A program made the position numbers and the translations under genes. A stretch of 64,000 nt of DNA from Hormiphora californensis. Taxonomy: Eukaryota; Animalia; Ctenophora. Of the stretch, positions 1 to 11,074 are shown one piece after another. A model generated the notes under the pieces. It was not told where the DNA came from and did no database searches. It was given only the letters and a program-made list of their open reading frames with translations. The stretch's first letter is position 1; every line of letters begins with the position of its first letter. The stretch covers positions 5,952,001 through 6,016,000 of the forward strand of contig CM035350.1 of assembly GCA_020137815.1 (NCBI GenBank). The letters are read 5' to 3'.

Positions 1-69
1 ATTTCTATTGCTTCAACCCCGCCTCCCCCATCCCCCAGCAGTATTGGTATGTACAAAGATGTAAGAACA

Positions 70-725
70 GTATATAGTACATAACGTTCTGCACGCAGTG
101 CAAGCGCGCCATATACGCTCTGCACTGCAGAGCGTATATGGAGGTGAAATGCACGACAGCGCAGCTGCAGTGCATTTCACACCTATATTGCACGAGTGTA
201 ACGAGTGCGATATAGGAGCGCTTGCACATGCCGTGCAGGACGTTATTGAGTATATATTCCGCGAGAAAGCACATGACAAGCAAAACAATCATAATTTTGG
301 GTGATTACACACAGAGAGATGTGACAAAACAAGGTATAAACTAAGCAAAACTACACAAAAAATACACTTCTACACCTGTTACACACAAGGGAACTCGTTC
401 TGTTAGTTTTAATTAGTGAAAAGAAGAGAGGGATAAAGAGAGAGATACGAGAGAGGGAGATTGGAATTCTTGGAAATGGTGAACAACAAAACACGATAAG
501 TGGATAATTAGTGAGAGAAAGAGGGAGAGTGAGTGTAATTTGACAGACTTTGTGTCGCTTGGCACTGTGTCAGTCATATTCTGTGTAAAAACACTGAGGG
601 GACACTGTTCTTACTTATATCCCGCTACCCCTATATCTGCACGCTCCCGCGGAAGCAGAGTGCATATTTCACCGTGCAAATGGTCGCGCGGAGCGGGAGT
701 GATATGTGCACTCGCGGTATATATA
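70..725. mobile_element. Non-autonomous element with a terminal three-hairpin cloverleaf (70-256) and an asymmetric inverted repeat (251-265 / 711-725)
   Basis: Outer stem ataacgttctgcacg/cgtgcaggacgttat encloses hairpins at about 109-141, 144-180 and 182-216. tatatattccgcgag pairs imperfectly with ctcgcggtatatata. Same architecture as 8001-8688, in the opposite orientation. Confidence 0.5.
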
Positions 726-738
726 TTTCGGTATAAAC

Positions 739-804
739 AAAGAGAAACAAGTTAATTCAGATTGAACAAATCAATGTTCAATCTGAATTAACTTGTTTCT
801 CTTT
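739..804. repeat. Perfect hairpin with 30-bp arms, probably part of a non-autonomous element
   Basis: aaagagaaacaagttaattcagattgaaca-aatcaa-tgttcaatctgaattaacttgtttctcttt. Confidence 0.8.
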
Positions 805-1277
805 TATTTGGCTCTCGGGATCCCGATTGAGCACTGTTGAGTGTTGGTGGGAAGTGAACAAGTCGTGTGTATATCGGTATAAATGGTGAAATTGTCAAGA
901 AGTTTAAATTTGAAAAGCTGGGGTAAACAAAATATGGTTCCTTCAATTAGTCAAATTGGTTAGAAATCCTCTACGTTTTGCCTTGCTAAACCTTAGCTTG
1001 TACGTTTACCTATGGCATGATAGGTAGGCCGTCTATATCATATCTACGAATGTATACACGGGTTACTTTTGATGGGGTAAATCTAGTCTGCATGACACTG
1101 TATACCAAATTTCAGACCGATTAGTGCAGTGGGGGCCTCACTATGGGCGTTACGAAATGCCATTTTTGGCTAAAAACTGAAAAGTTATTAGTGCTTTCTG
1201 GCATACACGGCTGGCGGATGGTCACCTTTGCGCTTGTCAGCGCAGTGATTTAAAGAATTTATTATTTCCCCTGTTAA

Positions 1278-1727
1278 AGGTTGACAAGATACCTAAAACT
1301 TTTCGTATATCGTCTTATTTTGATTTATCATTAATTTTCAGCATTTTTTCAGAATTTTTTGTCGGCTAGAAAAAAATTCGAAATAGGGGGTCTACCGATA
1401 TTGTCAGCACTGGTTTTACTGGGCACACTCACTGCGTCTCGCAAATTGAAATTCACGTTTCCGGTTCCTCAAAAGATAAAGACTTGATCTTGGTTGCGTT
1501 GGATTGGTCTCAATAAGACCTTTCCAACGCTACCAAAACGGTTTCTGTATCTCATCAGGAACCGGAGATATTACGTTATCAATTTTAAAAAAGGCACACT
1601 CATTTGTCAGTAGACCCCCTATTTTGCACATATTTCTAGCCGACAAAAAATTCTGAAAAAATGCTGAAAATTAATGATAAATCAAAATAAGACGATATAC
1701 GAAAAGTTTTAGGTATCTTGTCAACCT
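1278..1727. mobile_element. Kolobok-type MITE
   Basis: About 95-bp TIRs with AGG...CCT termini and TTAA TSD (1274-1277, 1728-1731). The right TSD ends 3 nt before the ATG of Rho copy 1. Confidence 0.8.
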
Positions 1728-1734
1728 TTAAGCG

Positions 1735-2328
1735 ATGTCCGACGTTGTAGACACCCATGACCCAAAATGGCGTACTATGATACGTCTAAAGTTTGTTGCA
1801 GTTGGTTCCCGTGCCGTGGGAAAGACCTGTATGCTGATTCGCTACTTCAGAAAGGGTAAACTTCCCGATCCCGAGATACACCTCCCCAGATTATATGATG
1901 GCCAAGACAGGCAAGTGGAGTATGATGGTAAAATGTACGATGTGCTATGTTCGGATACGTCCGGTGAAACAGAGTATGAAAATAGACTACGATCTGAGCT
2001 GTCTGACCCTGATGCATTTCTGCTACTGAATGATGTGAATGATAAAAACTTCGAAGATGTTGCAACTTTCTGGTGGGAAGAGTTGAAGCGTTTCTGTCCT
2101 GGAGTTCCTGTGATTTTGGTGGGTTCAAAGGTGGACTTGAGGGATGAGAACAGCGTGAGTTTTGAGGAGGGTCGTCAGATGGCAAAAAAGATCGGAGCAG
2201 CGTGCTATATGGAGTGTTCGTCTAAAGATGACATCGGAGTTACAGAAGTCTTTGAAAAAGCAGTTAAATTAAGTGTTAAGAGAGGATATCGAAATTCTGT
2301 CAAGAACAAAAAGAAAGATACAGAATAG
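1735..2328 (+). CDS. Atypical Rho-family GTPase, copy 1 (intronless, no CAAX)
   Basis: GSRAVGKT P-loop, DTSGE switch II, SKVD G4, ECSSK G5; ends KKKDTE. Confidence 0.85.
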   Translation: MSDVVDTHDPKWRTMIRLKFVAVGSRAVGKTCMLIRYFRKGKLPDPEIHLPRLYDGQDRQVEYDGKMYDVLCSDTSGETEYENRLRSELSDPDAFLLLNDVNDKNFEDVATFWWEELKRFCPGVPVILVGSKVDLRDENSVSFEEGRQMAKKIGAACYMECSSKDDIGVTEVFEKAVKLSVKRGYRNSVKNKKKDTE

Positions 2329-2543
2329 TATTTTGTTTTAAACATTTGAAGTTAATAAACATGATTACCGAAAACGGGTTTCCTACTTTTTATTTTTTCG
2401 AAACGATGTTTGTATTGAATATTAAATATTGATTATTTATTACATATATGTTTGGACTTTGGCTGATTATATGTGCCTTTTGTTCTCCAATCCACACCAG
2501 TCCCCAGCTTCGTTCAGTGTTCTACCACATGAAACACTTATTC

Positions 2544-3166
2544 GGCACTGCCAGGAAAGCCCGACCACTAACAAAAGCACTGGCAAAACCATAAACAAAA
2601 ACACTAACAAAAACACTAACAATTCTTATGAGGTAGATGAAGTGATACAATTCTAGGGCTATAGGCATACTGATCACGATCAGTATGCTTATAGCCTAAG
2701 GCGCCTTATTAGCACTGTGAAACAATACGGAGTATAAAACATGCGATTTGGGGAACCTTATTAGCAGTCTGAGATGATACGAGATTTGGAACATGATTCC
2801 GCGAGGCCTATGAGGAATGTTAGACGATATGAGACACGATTCGGGGAAGGTTGCCCTCTCTTTCCCTCCATATTCATCCCCTTGGTGGCGCAGTCACCTT
2901 ACAACGAGTTGTTTTGTCTCAAAACCCGAATCGTGTCTCATATCGTCTAACATTCCTAATAGGCCTCCCCGAATCACGTTCCAAATCTCGTATCATCTCA
3001 GACTGCTAATAAGGTTACCGAATCTCATGTTTTATATCCTGTATTGTCTCACAGTGCTAAATTAAATTTTTAGTGGTTTTGTTAGTGGTTTTGTAAGTAG
3101 TTTTGTTAGTAGTTTTATTAGTGCTTTTTGTCTTTTAGTTAGTGGTCGGGCTTTCCTAATAGTGCC
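2544..3166. mobile_element. MITE-like element (possibly Merlin-type) with internal roughly 50-bp inverted sub-repeats
   Basis: ggcactgccaggaaagcccgaccactaac pairs with gttagtggtcgggctttcctaatagtgcc; flanks acttattc/acttaatc. The internal repeat unit recurs at 46200-47200. Confidence 0.5.
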
Positions 3167-3196
3167 ACTTAATCCAATTTATCACCAATACAAGCA

Positions 3197-3775
3197 ATGT
3201 CTGTAGATGAATTTAACCCAAAATGGCCTTCTCTAAAGTTTGTTGCAGTTGGTCACGGTGCCATGGGAAAGACCTCTATGCTGATTCGCTACTACAGAAA
3301 GGAATTTCCCGAATATACTCCAACTGTCTTTGATGCCGAAACTAAACCCGTGGAGTATGGTGGTCAAATGTACAATGTGGGTTGTTTCGATACGGGTGGC
3401 GGAGAAGACTATGCTAGGCTACGACCTCTGTGTTATCCTGAAACCGATGCATTTCTGCTACTGAATTCTGTGAATTATAAAGACGATTTTGAAGATATTG
3501 CAACTTATTGGTGGCCAGAGTTGAAGCATCACTGTCCTGGAGTTCCTGTGATTTTGGTGGGTTCAAAGGTGGACTTGAGGGATGAGAATAGTGTGAGTTT
3601 TGAGGAAGGTCGTCAGATGGCAAAAAAGATTAAAGCAGCGTGCTACATGGAGTGTTCTTCAAAAGAGGATATTGGGGTTACGGAAGTTTTTCAAGAAGCG
3701 ATTAGACTGGGTGGTGAATACCTAGCTACCAAAAAGAACAAAAAGAACAAAAAGAAAAGATGTAATTTACTTTAA
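3197..3775 (+). CDS. Atypical Rho/Rac-family GTPase, copy 2
   Basis: GHGAMGKT, YTPTVFD, DTGGGEDYARLRPLCYP, polybasic tail plus CNLL CAAX. Confidence 0.92.
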   Translation: MSVDEFNPKWPSLKFVAVGHGAMGKTSMLIRYYRKEFPEYTPTVFDAETKPVEYGGQMYNVGCFDTGGGEDYARLRPLCYPETDAFLLLNSVNYKDDFEDIATYWWPELKHHCPGVPVILVGSKVDLRDENSVSFEEGRQMAKKIKAACYMECSSKEDIGVTEVFQEAIRLGGEYLATKKNKKNKKKRCNLL

Positions 3776-4367
3776 AACCTCTGAAGTTTTTTCCCTGTAA
3801 CTCTTTTTTTGGAAGTTGAAAATACGTAAAAATGGGTATTTCTATGTTTTAAGATTTATATTGGATGCATGTATGTACTTATATGTATATCCCAGTGCGG
3901 TAAGGCGTAGCGTTACTTGCCTTGTTCGACCCTCCTTCCCCTCGCCCCGTGTTACATGCGGCTTGGGAAGATGTTATCAAGTAAATCTGTTGGTATGTAT
4001 CTTCAATGAGCGAATTATTGTTTATTTGAGTGAGAGATTTTAAATTTATTTATTACCAACCCCAACACCGGGGGCAAATGATCGAACCCAATGTGTATGA
4101 GACTCACTGCGATTAACTCTACACATAGTTACCCCCTTTCTCTCTTCGGCAGCTTCTCCTCGGCTGTTGAAAAGTGATGCCAATCGATGTTGGGGTTCGT
4201 GAAAAAAATGAAAAGATTCAATGAGCGTTCCCTATCTAGCAGTTTTTAAGCATAATATAACAATTTTGTACAATTTGCAGCCTGTTTGACTCTTTGAAAC
4301 TGTTTGTGTCTAATCTGTTTGGTTTTTCTTTCTATGAATGAAAGTCTTTTCGTAGGATCGATAAAAT

Positions 4368-4938
4368 ATGACTGGTAATGATGATTCAACCGTGGTTAAG
4401 ATTGTCCTTCTTGGTCACTACACTATGGGAAAGCACTCCCTTCTTTATAGATTCTGTCACGATACCTTCAACTCAGAGACATGTGGTGTCGAGGAAATAA
4501 AAATAAAAAACATTGTGTGTAACGGTGAAAAGTTTCGTATTCAATTTTTAAAGCCGATTGGTGGTGAGCGATTTCATACCATCAGGCATTGCTATTATCC
4601 GGGGAGCTGGTGCCATACTTGTTTTAGCTGACATAACTGACTTCGGGAACTTCAGGGACGCTGAGAAATATTGGTGGCCTGAACTCCAGCAGTATGCTCC
4701 TGAAGTTCCTGTGATTTTGGTGGGTTCAAAGGTGGACTTGAGGGATGAGAACAGTGTGAGTTTTGAGGAGGGTCGTCAGATGGCAGAAAGGATCGGAGCA
4801 GCTTGCTATATGGAGTGTTCGGCTCTTACTGGAGAGGGGGTGAATGAAATTTTGGATCACGCCATGGAAATTCGAAATATTCCACCAACTACCAACAGAG
4901 AAGCAGTAAAGTCAAGGAAAAGATGCTTAATTTTGTAA
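4368..4938 (+). pseudogene. Divergent Rho-family GTPase, copy 3, with a +1 frameshift in a G run near 4601-4604 (pseudogene or assembly error)
   Basis: ORFs 4368-4631 and 4558-4938 join as ..YYPGAGAILVL.. if one G is removed from ccggggag; CLIL CAAX intact. Confidence 0.75.
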
Positions 4939-5140
4939 AGATTTTTTTATAGTTTTTGGGATTGCATCTACAAAATATTCTATTCAACCTTTTTTTCGTG
5001 CTAAAATTTCTCTAGGACGAATAGTTTCTGGCATCAGAGCAGTTGCATAAAATTAATACCCTTTTTTTAAAAACATTTTAAGCTTTTAAAACAAATTTTT
5101 TTTCATCATTTCATTTTTTGTACAGAATAGGCACTGACAT

Positions 5141-5698
5141 ATGGCTGTGCCAAAACCCAGGATAAAAATTGTACTGGTTGGCCAAACGGGATGTGGTCAA
5201 ACAAGTCTTCTTCATCGACTGTATGGCGCCCCTTTTCCACCTACCGGCACTCCAACCATTTTTGATATCCGTTCTAGAATTTGGACCGGGAAAGATGGTC
5301 AGAAAGTTTGGTGGGCTGCTTGGGACACATCTAGTAGTGGTAATGATAAACTCCGGCCACTCTGCTATCCAGAAACAACAGTTTTTCTTATTGTTGTGAA
5401 CATTTCTGAACCAAAAGAGCTATATATATCTATTGCTAAATCAAGGTGGAGAAATGAACTGAAGCATCATTGTCCTGATGTTCCTGTGATTTTGGTGGGT
5501 TCAAAGGTGGACTTGAGGGATGAAAACAGTTTTAGTTTTGAGGAAGGTCGTCAGATGGCAGAAAGGATCGGAGCAGCGTGCTATATAGAGTGTTCAGCTC
5601 TTACTGGAAAGGGCGTGAATGAGGTTTTTGTTCAAGGTGTCGAACTATCGATTTTTCATCTTAACAATTTACATCGGAAGAAATGCATTGTTTTATAA
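5141..5698 (+). CDS. Highly divergent Rho-family GTPase, copy 4 (P-loop K to Q)
   Basis: GQTGCGQTS, PTIFD, WDTSSSG, KLRPLCYP, CIVL CAAX. Confidence 0.85.
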   Translation: MAVPKPRIKIVLVGQTGCGQTSLLHRLYGAPFPPTGTPTIFDIRSRIWTGKDGQKVWWAAWDTSSSGNDKLRPLCYPETTVFLIVVNISEPKELYISIAKSRWRNELKHHCPDVPVILVGSKVDLRDENSFSFEEGRQMAERIGAACYIECSALTGKGVNEVFVQGVELSIFHLNNLHRKKCIVL

Positions 5699-5995
5699 AT
5701 ATGCTTTTGTAAATACTGAGTTAATTTTAATTATGATTTTGTTTATTATCAATTTTTGTTCAAATACATAAAAAATGCAGATTTTCCCCCTAAGATGTGT
5801 CAGACCCCAAATTTGTAATGCCGCAGCCCACACCAACAGAATTTAGATACTAACTGGCCATATCCCTTGGCTTGCTTGACCCTCTATCCCCCCTCTATAT
5901 AACCTCTTCAAAATCGTATGCTGGCCTAAAAATTACCTTTCAACTTTTTCTTTGTTAGGTAATGTAAACCCTGTATATCCAATATTCCACTAGCG

Positions 5996-6583
5996 ATGGT
6001 AAATCATCATGTTAATGATGTTTGGAATCCAGATTGGCCAGCTCTTAAATTTGTTGCAGTTGGTTCCGGTGCTATGGGTAAAACGTGTATGCTGATTCGC
6101 TACTTCAGAAAGGAATTTCCCGAGAAATACATCCCCACGGTCTATGATAACCACAATACCCACGTGGCGGGGTGTGATGGTAAAATGTACAACATGTCAT
6201 GTTGGGATACGGGCGGTGGAGAAGACTATCACGTGTTACGTCCTCTTTCATATCCCGACACCCATGCGTTTCTGTTACTTAATTCTGTTGAGTACAAAGA
6301 CCAATTAGAATCTATTGAAACTTATTGGTGGCCAGAGTTGAAGCATCATTGTCCTGGAGTTCCTGTGATTTTGGTGGGTTCAAAGGTGGACTTGAGGGAT
6401 GAAAAAAGTTCGAGTTTTGAGGAAGGTCGTCAGATGGCAAAAAAGATTAAAGCAGCGTGCTATATGGAGTGTTCTTCAAAAGAGAATATTGGAGTTACCG
6501 AAGTTTTTCAAGAAGCAATTAGACTGGGTGCCGAATACCAAGCTACCAAAAAGAACAAAAAGAAAAGGTGTAATTTACTTTAA
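5996..6583 (+). CDS. Atypical Rho/Rac-family GTPase, copy 5
   Basis: GSGAMGKT, YIPTVYDN, WDTGGGEDY, CNLL. Confidence 0.92.
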   Translation: MVNHHVNDVWNPDWPALKFVAVGSGAMGKTCMLIRYFRKEFPEKYIPTVYDNHNTHVAGCDGKMYNMSCWDTGGGEDYHVLRPLSYPDTHAFLLLNSVEYKDQLESIETYWWPELKHHCPGVPVILVGSKVDLRDEKSSSFEEGRQMAKKIKAACYMECSSKENIGVTEVFQEAIRLGAEYQATKKNKKKRCNLL

Positions 6584-6634
6584 ACCATTTATTTTATTAT
6601 TATTTGAAGTTAAAGAATAATGGGTTTTGTTACA

Positions 6635-6991
6635 GCTTTTTGGCCTAAAAACGGTAATTGGCGCTGAAAAAAATCGAGAAAAACCATTCCGCCATAGGGG
6701 TGGCGGAATGGTTTTTCTCCAAAATTTGCTCGATTTTTTTTCAGCACCAATTACCGTTTTTAGGCCAAAAAGTCAATGTTTTTATTGTTTGAGGTATGGG
6801 TTTTCGAATTTTGGCGGAGCGAGAGCGAAGTCCAGATAATTTTGAATTTTGAAGTTTTGACAAATGAAAAACAAGTGGTTTTTTTTTTCAAACAATTGTT
6901 TCACTACCAGCGGTAGATCATCAGACTGATGATCTACCGCTGGTAGTGAAACAATTGTTTAGGAAAAAAAAACCACTTGTTTTTCATTTGT
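6635..6991. repeat. Two long hairpins (about 6635-6772 and 6860-6991), probably non-autonomous DNA element(s)
   Basis: ttttggcctaaaaacggtaattgg pairs with ccaattaccgtttttaggccaaaa; aaacaattgtttcactaccagcggtagatcatcag pairs with its reverse complement around a very short loop. Confidence 0.7.
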
Positions 6992-7308
6992 TTTCTGCTC
7001 TCGGTCCTGGATTGATTGAGCTCTCTCGTGTGATTCGAATACTCACTTTGAAGTTTTGAAGTTTTGATTGAAATTTTGGCCAAAATTTCAGCCCCCACCC
7101 CCTGTTCCTCCACCCCTGCGTTGATAACTTTTTCGAAACGATTTGCGATAAAAATGATAGCTTATTATGTGTCCAAGTGTGAAATTGTTTGTATGACCGG
7201 CCCTGATGACAAACTTGTTTAACTTTACCGTACACAAGTATCCTTGGTAAATTTCCTAATAACTATTTATGCATTTATTTAAAGACATCTTTCTTCCACT
7301 AGAAAGCG

Positions 7309-7887
7309 ATGGATGAAGATGAGTTTAATCCAGATTGGCCTACTCTGAAATTTATTGCAGTTGGACGTGGTGCGATGGGTAAAACCTGTATGCTGATTCG
7401 CTACTTTAAAAATGAATTCCCTGAGATATACGTCCCCACTGTTTATGATAACACTATAAAACATGTGGAGTGTGATGGTAAAATGTACAATGTGACATGT
7501 TGGGATACGGGTGGTGGAGAAGACTATGATAGGCTACGACCTCTGTCTTATCCTGACACAGATGTATTTCTGCTACTGAGTGCTGTGAATTATAAAGACG
7601 AGTTTGAAGATATTGAAACTTATTGGTGGCCAGAGTTGAGGCATCATTGTCCTGAAGTTCCTGTGATTTTGGTGGGTTCAAAGGTGGACTTGAGGGATGA
7701 GAACAGTTTGAGTTTTGAGGAGGGTCGTAAGATGGCAGAAAGGATTAAAGCAGCCTGCTATATGGAGTGTTCGTCAAAAGATGACATTGGAGTTACCGAG
7801 GTTTTTCAAGAAGCAATTAGATTCGGCGCTGAATACCAAGCTACCAAAAAGAACAAAAAGAAAAAGAAAGGATGTTGTTTACTATAA
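7309..7887 (+). CDS. Atypical Rho/Rac-family GTPase, copy 6
   Basis: GRGAMGKT, YVPTVYDN, WDTGGGEDYDRLRPLSYP, GCCLL. Confidence 0.93.
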   Translation: MDEDEFNPDWPTLKFIAVGRGAMGKTCMLIRYFKNEFPEIYVPTVYDNTIKHVECDGKMYNVTCWDTGGGEDYDRLRPLSYPDTDVFLLLSAVNYKDEFEDIETYWWPELRHHCPEVPVILVGSKVDLRDENSLSFEEGRKMAERIKAACYMECSSKDDIGVTEVFQEAIRFGAEYQATKKNKKKKKGCCLL

Positions 7888-8000
7888 ATCTTTTTTATTG
7901 GTCTTTGTTAACTTTTTCGGAACGATTTGCGATAAAAATGATAGCTTTGTGTCCAAGTGTTTTGAAATTTTTGTATGGCCGGCTCTAGTGACAAACTTGT

Positions 8001-8688
8001 GTGAAACCCGATAGTTGATTTATCAGTCGTTTGAACATTTTACGCGCACACGTTAACTGCGAGATGGGGGATTTAACACCCTGCTCGCTCTTTATCAGAC
8101 CAGTGCCCATTTTCACGCGTTTCTCTTCATTTCCATAACATGCGTGTAAATTTCCAAGTAATGAAAATGTGTGTAAACACACAGTTCTGTCAATAACAGA
8201 GAGGGGAACACATCTGCAACACTTTTCAATGTTATCTCTCTCATCAAGAGGCAAAATAGTCGCATTCCATTCGTTTCTCTCTCTCATTCTCTCTTTTACT
8301 GTTCAATATCTCTCACTGTGTGTTTTGCCCCTAATCTTTCTCTCTCTTTCTCAAACATGTTAGGAACAGTAGACACTAAGTCTACACACATTTTGAGAGT
8401 GTCTGTTGACTATTTGCCAGTAGTCCTTGTGTGTTACCCCTTGTGTTGTGTCTCTTATTTGTGTGTAATTACTATCGGGTTTCATAAACTATGAACGTTT
8501 GTTAGCCTATCGCGTTATAGGTTTAAATCACCTCCCCCTCACCCTCGGCTGGCGCCTCGGGATCGGCGTCGGGATTTAAACCAGTTTAATCGCCCTGCCG
8601 GGCGATTAAACTCCAGTTGGCTGTCCCCAGCTCGCGCTGGGAACAGCCAACTTGATAACGTGCCAGTCTACAAACGTTCATAGTTCAT
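8001..8688. mobile_element. TSD-less non-autonomous element with asymmetric inverted repeat and terminal cloverleaf
   Basis: The empty site caaacttgtttaacttctgtctggc is seen in the paralogous spacer at 11191-11215. IR tgaaacccgatagt (8002-8015) / actatcgggtttca (8471-8484). Three-hairpin cloverleaf at 8487-8686. Confidence 0.75.
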
Positions 8689-8804
8689 TTAACTTCTGTC
8701 TGGCAGCGCCAGATACCGTCTTGATTCTCAATCAGTGCGCTCAAATTGGGTCTGCGGCGCCAGACAGTACCGTTCATAAGTATTTCTGGTAAATTTGCTA
8801 ACTA

Positions 8805-9970
8805 CAGAGAGGCGTGTATGGTGAAGTGCAGGGCGAGTTATTTGACCTGGTACGGGACCTGTTTACACATGCTGGTATCAAGGATTCCTTCCCGAAGAGT
8901 TTGACTGCCGGACGTAGTGTGTGGGATAGCCTGAAGTGTCCGAGCAAGAGTAAGATCAAGGGGATAAAGAAGCCAGAACTAGAGGATTTCACAGAGAAAG
9001 TGTGCCGTTTCCTGATGGAGAGGTGTTACCCGTTGCTCGACCGTCTGAGTACTGAAGTTGAAGACAATGAGAGGAAACTACTGGATAGTCAAGAGGAACT
9101 GATTGTTTCTCAGCGAGCATTGGTTGAGGCACAGGGGCAGCTGGTTAAATTGCAGTGTGAGTTGTTAGGGAAGCGAGATAAGGAGATTACTGCTGTGCAG
9201 TCTATTGCTGAAGAGGAGATAAAGACGTTTTCCTCAGTTCTGAAAAAGAGTTGTGACAGTGCTCTAGCTCCGAAACGTATTCGTACTGCAATAACGAGTG
9301 CTACAGAGGACAGGACAAGTAACGTGATTGTCCATGGACTATTTGATGATCCCAGTGAAAGTAGTAAAGATCTGGAACATTCAGTTTGTGGAGTTTTCGA
9401 CTACATGGGTGAATGTGTGACTAGTGTTTACAGCATGACGCGTCTCGGAAGGTACAAGGAGGGTACTGACCGACCTGTTAAACTGCGCCTGTCTGGCCGT
9501 GAATTTCGAGATCTGATCCTGTCCCACAAAAGTGGTCTGAAGAAGTCGGATAGGTACAAAGATCTGTACATCTCCCCGGACCGTTCCCCGGAAGAGAGAG
9601 AGGAGAGGAGGAAGTTGGTGGCTGAGCTGAAGGAGAGGAAGGCGGCGGCACCAGGCAAGACCTTTGGGATAAGAGGAGGCAAGGTTATGGAGGTGGTGGT
9701 GTGAGGGCGTGAACGTGAGCGTATTGAACTGTGTTGTTTATGTTTGTGTTTATGATTTTGACTAGGTTTTGTTACTGGACTTTGAGCATCTGAGCACCGG
9801 ACTTTTTACTAGATGGACATTTTTTGTTTCTATAGTTTATCTAGAGTTTTAGGTTTTATATACAGAGGTGAACCGCTCTGAAGCTCCGTAGTACTAGTGT
9901 TTTTTGGATTCTGGTACCCTACGGGGTCTGAGCGTGTATATAAATTCTGTTATTATTATTATTATTATTA
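8805..9970 (+). mobile_element. Non-LTR-like retroposon carrying only a LINE ORF1-like coding region (ORF 8814-9704), with a (TAT)n tail
   Basis: Coiled coil followed by RTSNVIVHGL..RLG...RPVKL..LYISPDRSPEEREERRKL, typical of CR1/Jockey-group ORF1. TAACTA TSD at 8799-8804 and 9971-9976. No RT present. Confidence 0.75.
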
Positions 9971-9998
9971 TAACTATTTGTGCCTCTTTCTTCCACTA

Positions 9999-10251
9999 GG
10001 GGAAACTCTAACTGAATGCCCGCACAGTAATGGCGTCCCATCACTGGTAAAACTCTAATTTAATGGACGGAATGATGGAAGAATGCGCGACCATGCTCGT
10101 GTGTTTGTCATCGCGCCCTACGTAACAGCCTTTTTTTGGCAAAATTTGTGGCAAATCCTGACGCGCACAGAGTGATGACTCCCATTATCAGTTAGATTTT
10201 TACCAGTGATGTGACGCCATTACTGCGCAGGCATTCAGTTAGAGTTTCCCC
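9999..10251. mobile_element. PIF/Harbinger-like MITE
   Basis: About 70-bp imperfect TIRs GGGGAAACTC...GAGTTTCCCC with a 3-bp CTA TSD. The empty site ccactagaaagcgATG precedes copies 6 and 8. Confidence 0.8.
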
Positions 10252-10261
10252 CTAGAAAGCG

Positions 10262-10906
10262 ATGGATGAGGATGAGTTATATCCAGCGTATAATCCAGAT
10301 TGGCCTACTCTGAAATTTGTTGCAGTTGGATATGGTGCGATGGGTAAAACCTGTATGCTGATTCGCTACTGTAAAAATGAATTCCCTGTTTATGAATTTC
10401 CTGTTTATGATAACAGTATAAAACATGTGGAGTGTGATGGTAAAATGTACAATGTGACATGTTGGGATACGGGTGGTGGAGAAGACTATGATAGGCTACG
10501 ACCTCTGTCTTATCCTGACACCGATGTATTTCTGCTACTGAGTGCTGTGAATTATAAAGACAAGTTTGAAGATATTGCAACTTATTGGTGGCCAGAGTTG
10601 AAGCATCACTGTCCTGATGTTCCTGTGATTTTGGTGGGTTCAATGGTGGACTTGAGGAATGAGAACAGTTTTAGTTTTGATGAGGGTCGTCAGATGGCAG
10701 AAAGGATCGGAGCAGCGTGCTATATGGAGTGTTCGTCTAAAGATGACATTGGAGTCACCGAGGTTTTTCAAGAAGCAATTAGACTGGGTGGCGAATATCA
10801 AGCGATAAAAAAGAACAAAAAGAAAAAGAAAGGATGTTATTTACTAAAGGTCCCCCCAAACTACTATGTCCCTTGCTGCGCGCGACCGGATTTTAGACGG
10901 CCATAG
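10262..10906 (+). CDS. Rho-family GTPase, copy 7; stop codon displaced by a MITE, probably decaying
   Basis: Near-identical to copy 6, but switch I is YEFPVYD, G4 is SMVD, and CYLL is read through into 19 MITE-encoded residues. Confidence 0.75.
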   Translation: MDEDELYPAYNPDWPTLKFVAVGYGAMGKTCMLIRYCKNEFPVYEFPVYDNSIKHVECDGKMYNVTCWDTGGGEDYDRLRPLSYPDTDVFLLLSAVNYKDKFEDIATYWWPELKHHCPDVPVILVGSMVDLRNENSFSFDEGRQMAERIGAACYMECSSKDDIGVTEVFQEAIRLGGEYQAIKKNKKKKKGCYLLKVPPNYYVPCCARPDFRRP

Positions 10907-11074
10907 CTCCACCCCCTGATAAGATAGAGACTTGAAATTTGTTTTGTAGGGAGATCATATCGAGTTCTTCGTACAGAACAAATTTCAAGCTTCTATCTCA
11001 TCAGGGAGTGGAGTTATGACCGTGGGAAATTTCACAAAACCCGAGTGAGGGACATAGTAGTTTGGGGTGTACTT
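10847..11074. mobile_element. MITE inserted immediately before the stop codon of Rho copy 7
   Basis: TIR ccccaaactactatgtccct / agggacatagtagtttgggg with a TA duplication. The original TAA and 3' flank resume at 11077, matching 7885 onward. Confidence 0.8.

Noticed and set aside
70-256. tRNA gene (cloverleaf)
   Set aside because: It is about 190 nt with long stems and no D-loop or T-loop consensus.
4595-4610. Programmed ribosomal frameshift in Rho copy 3
   Set aside because: There is no canonical slippery heptamer; a single extra G in a homopolymer is better explained by mutation or sequencing error.
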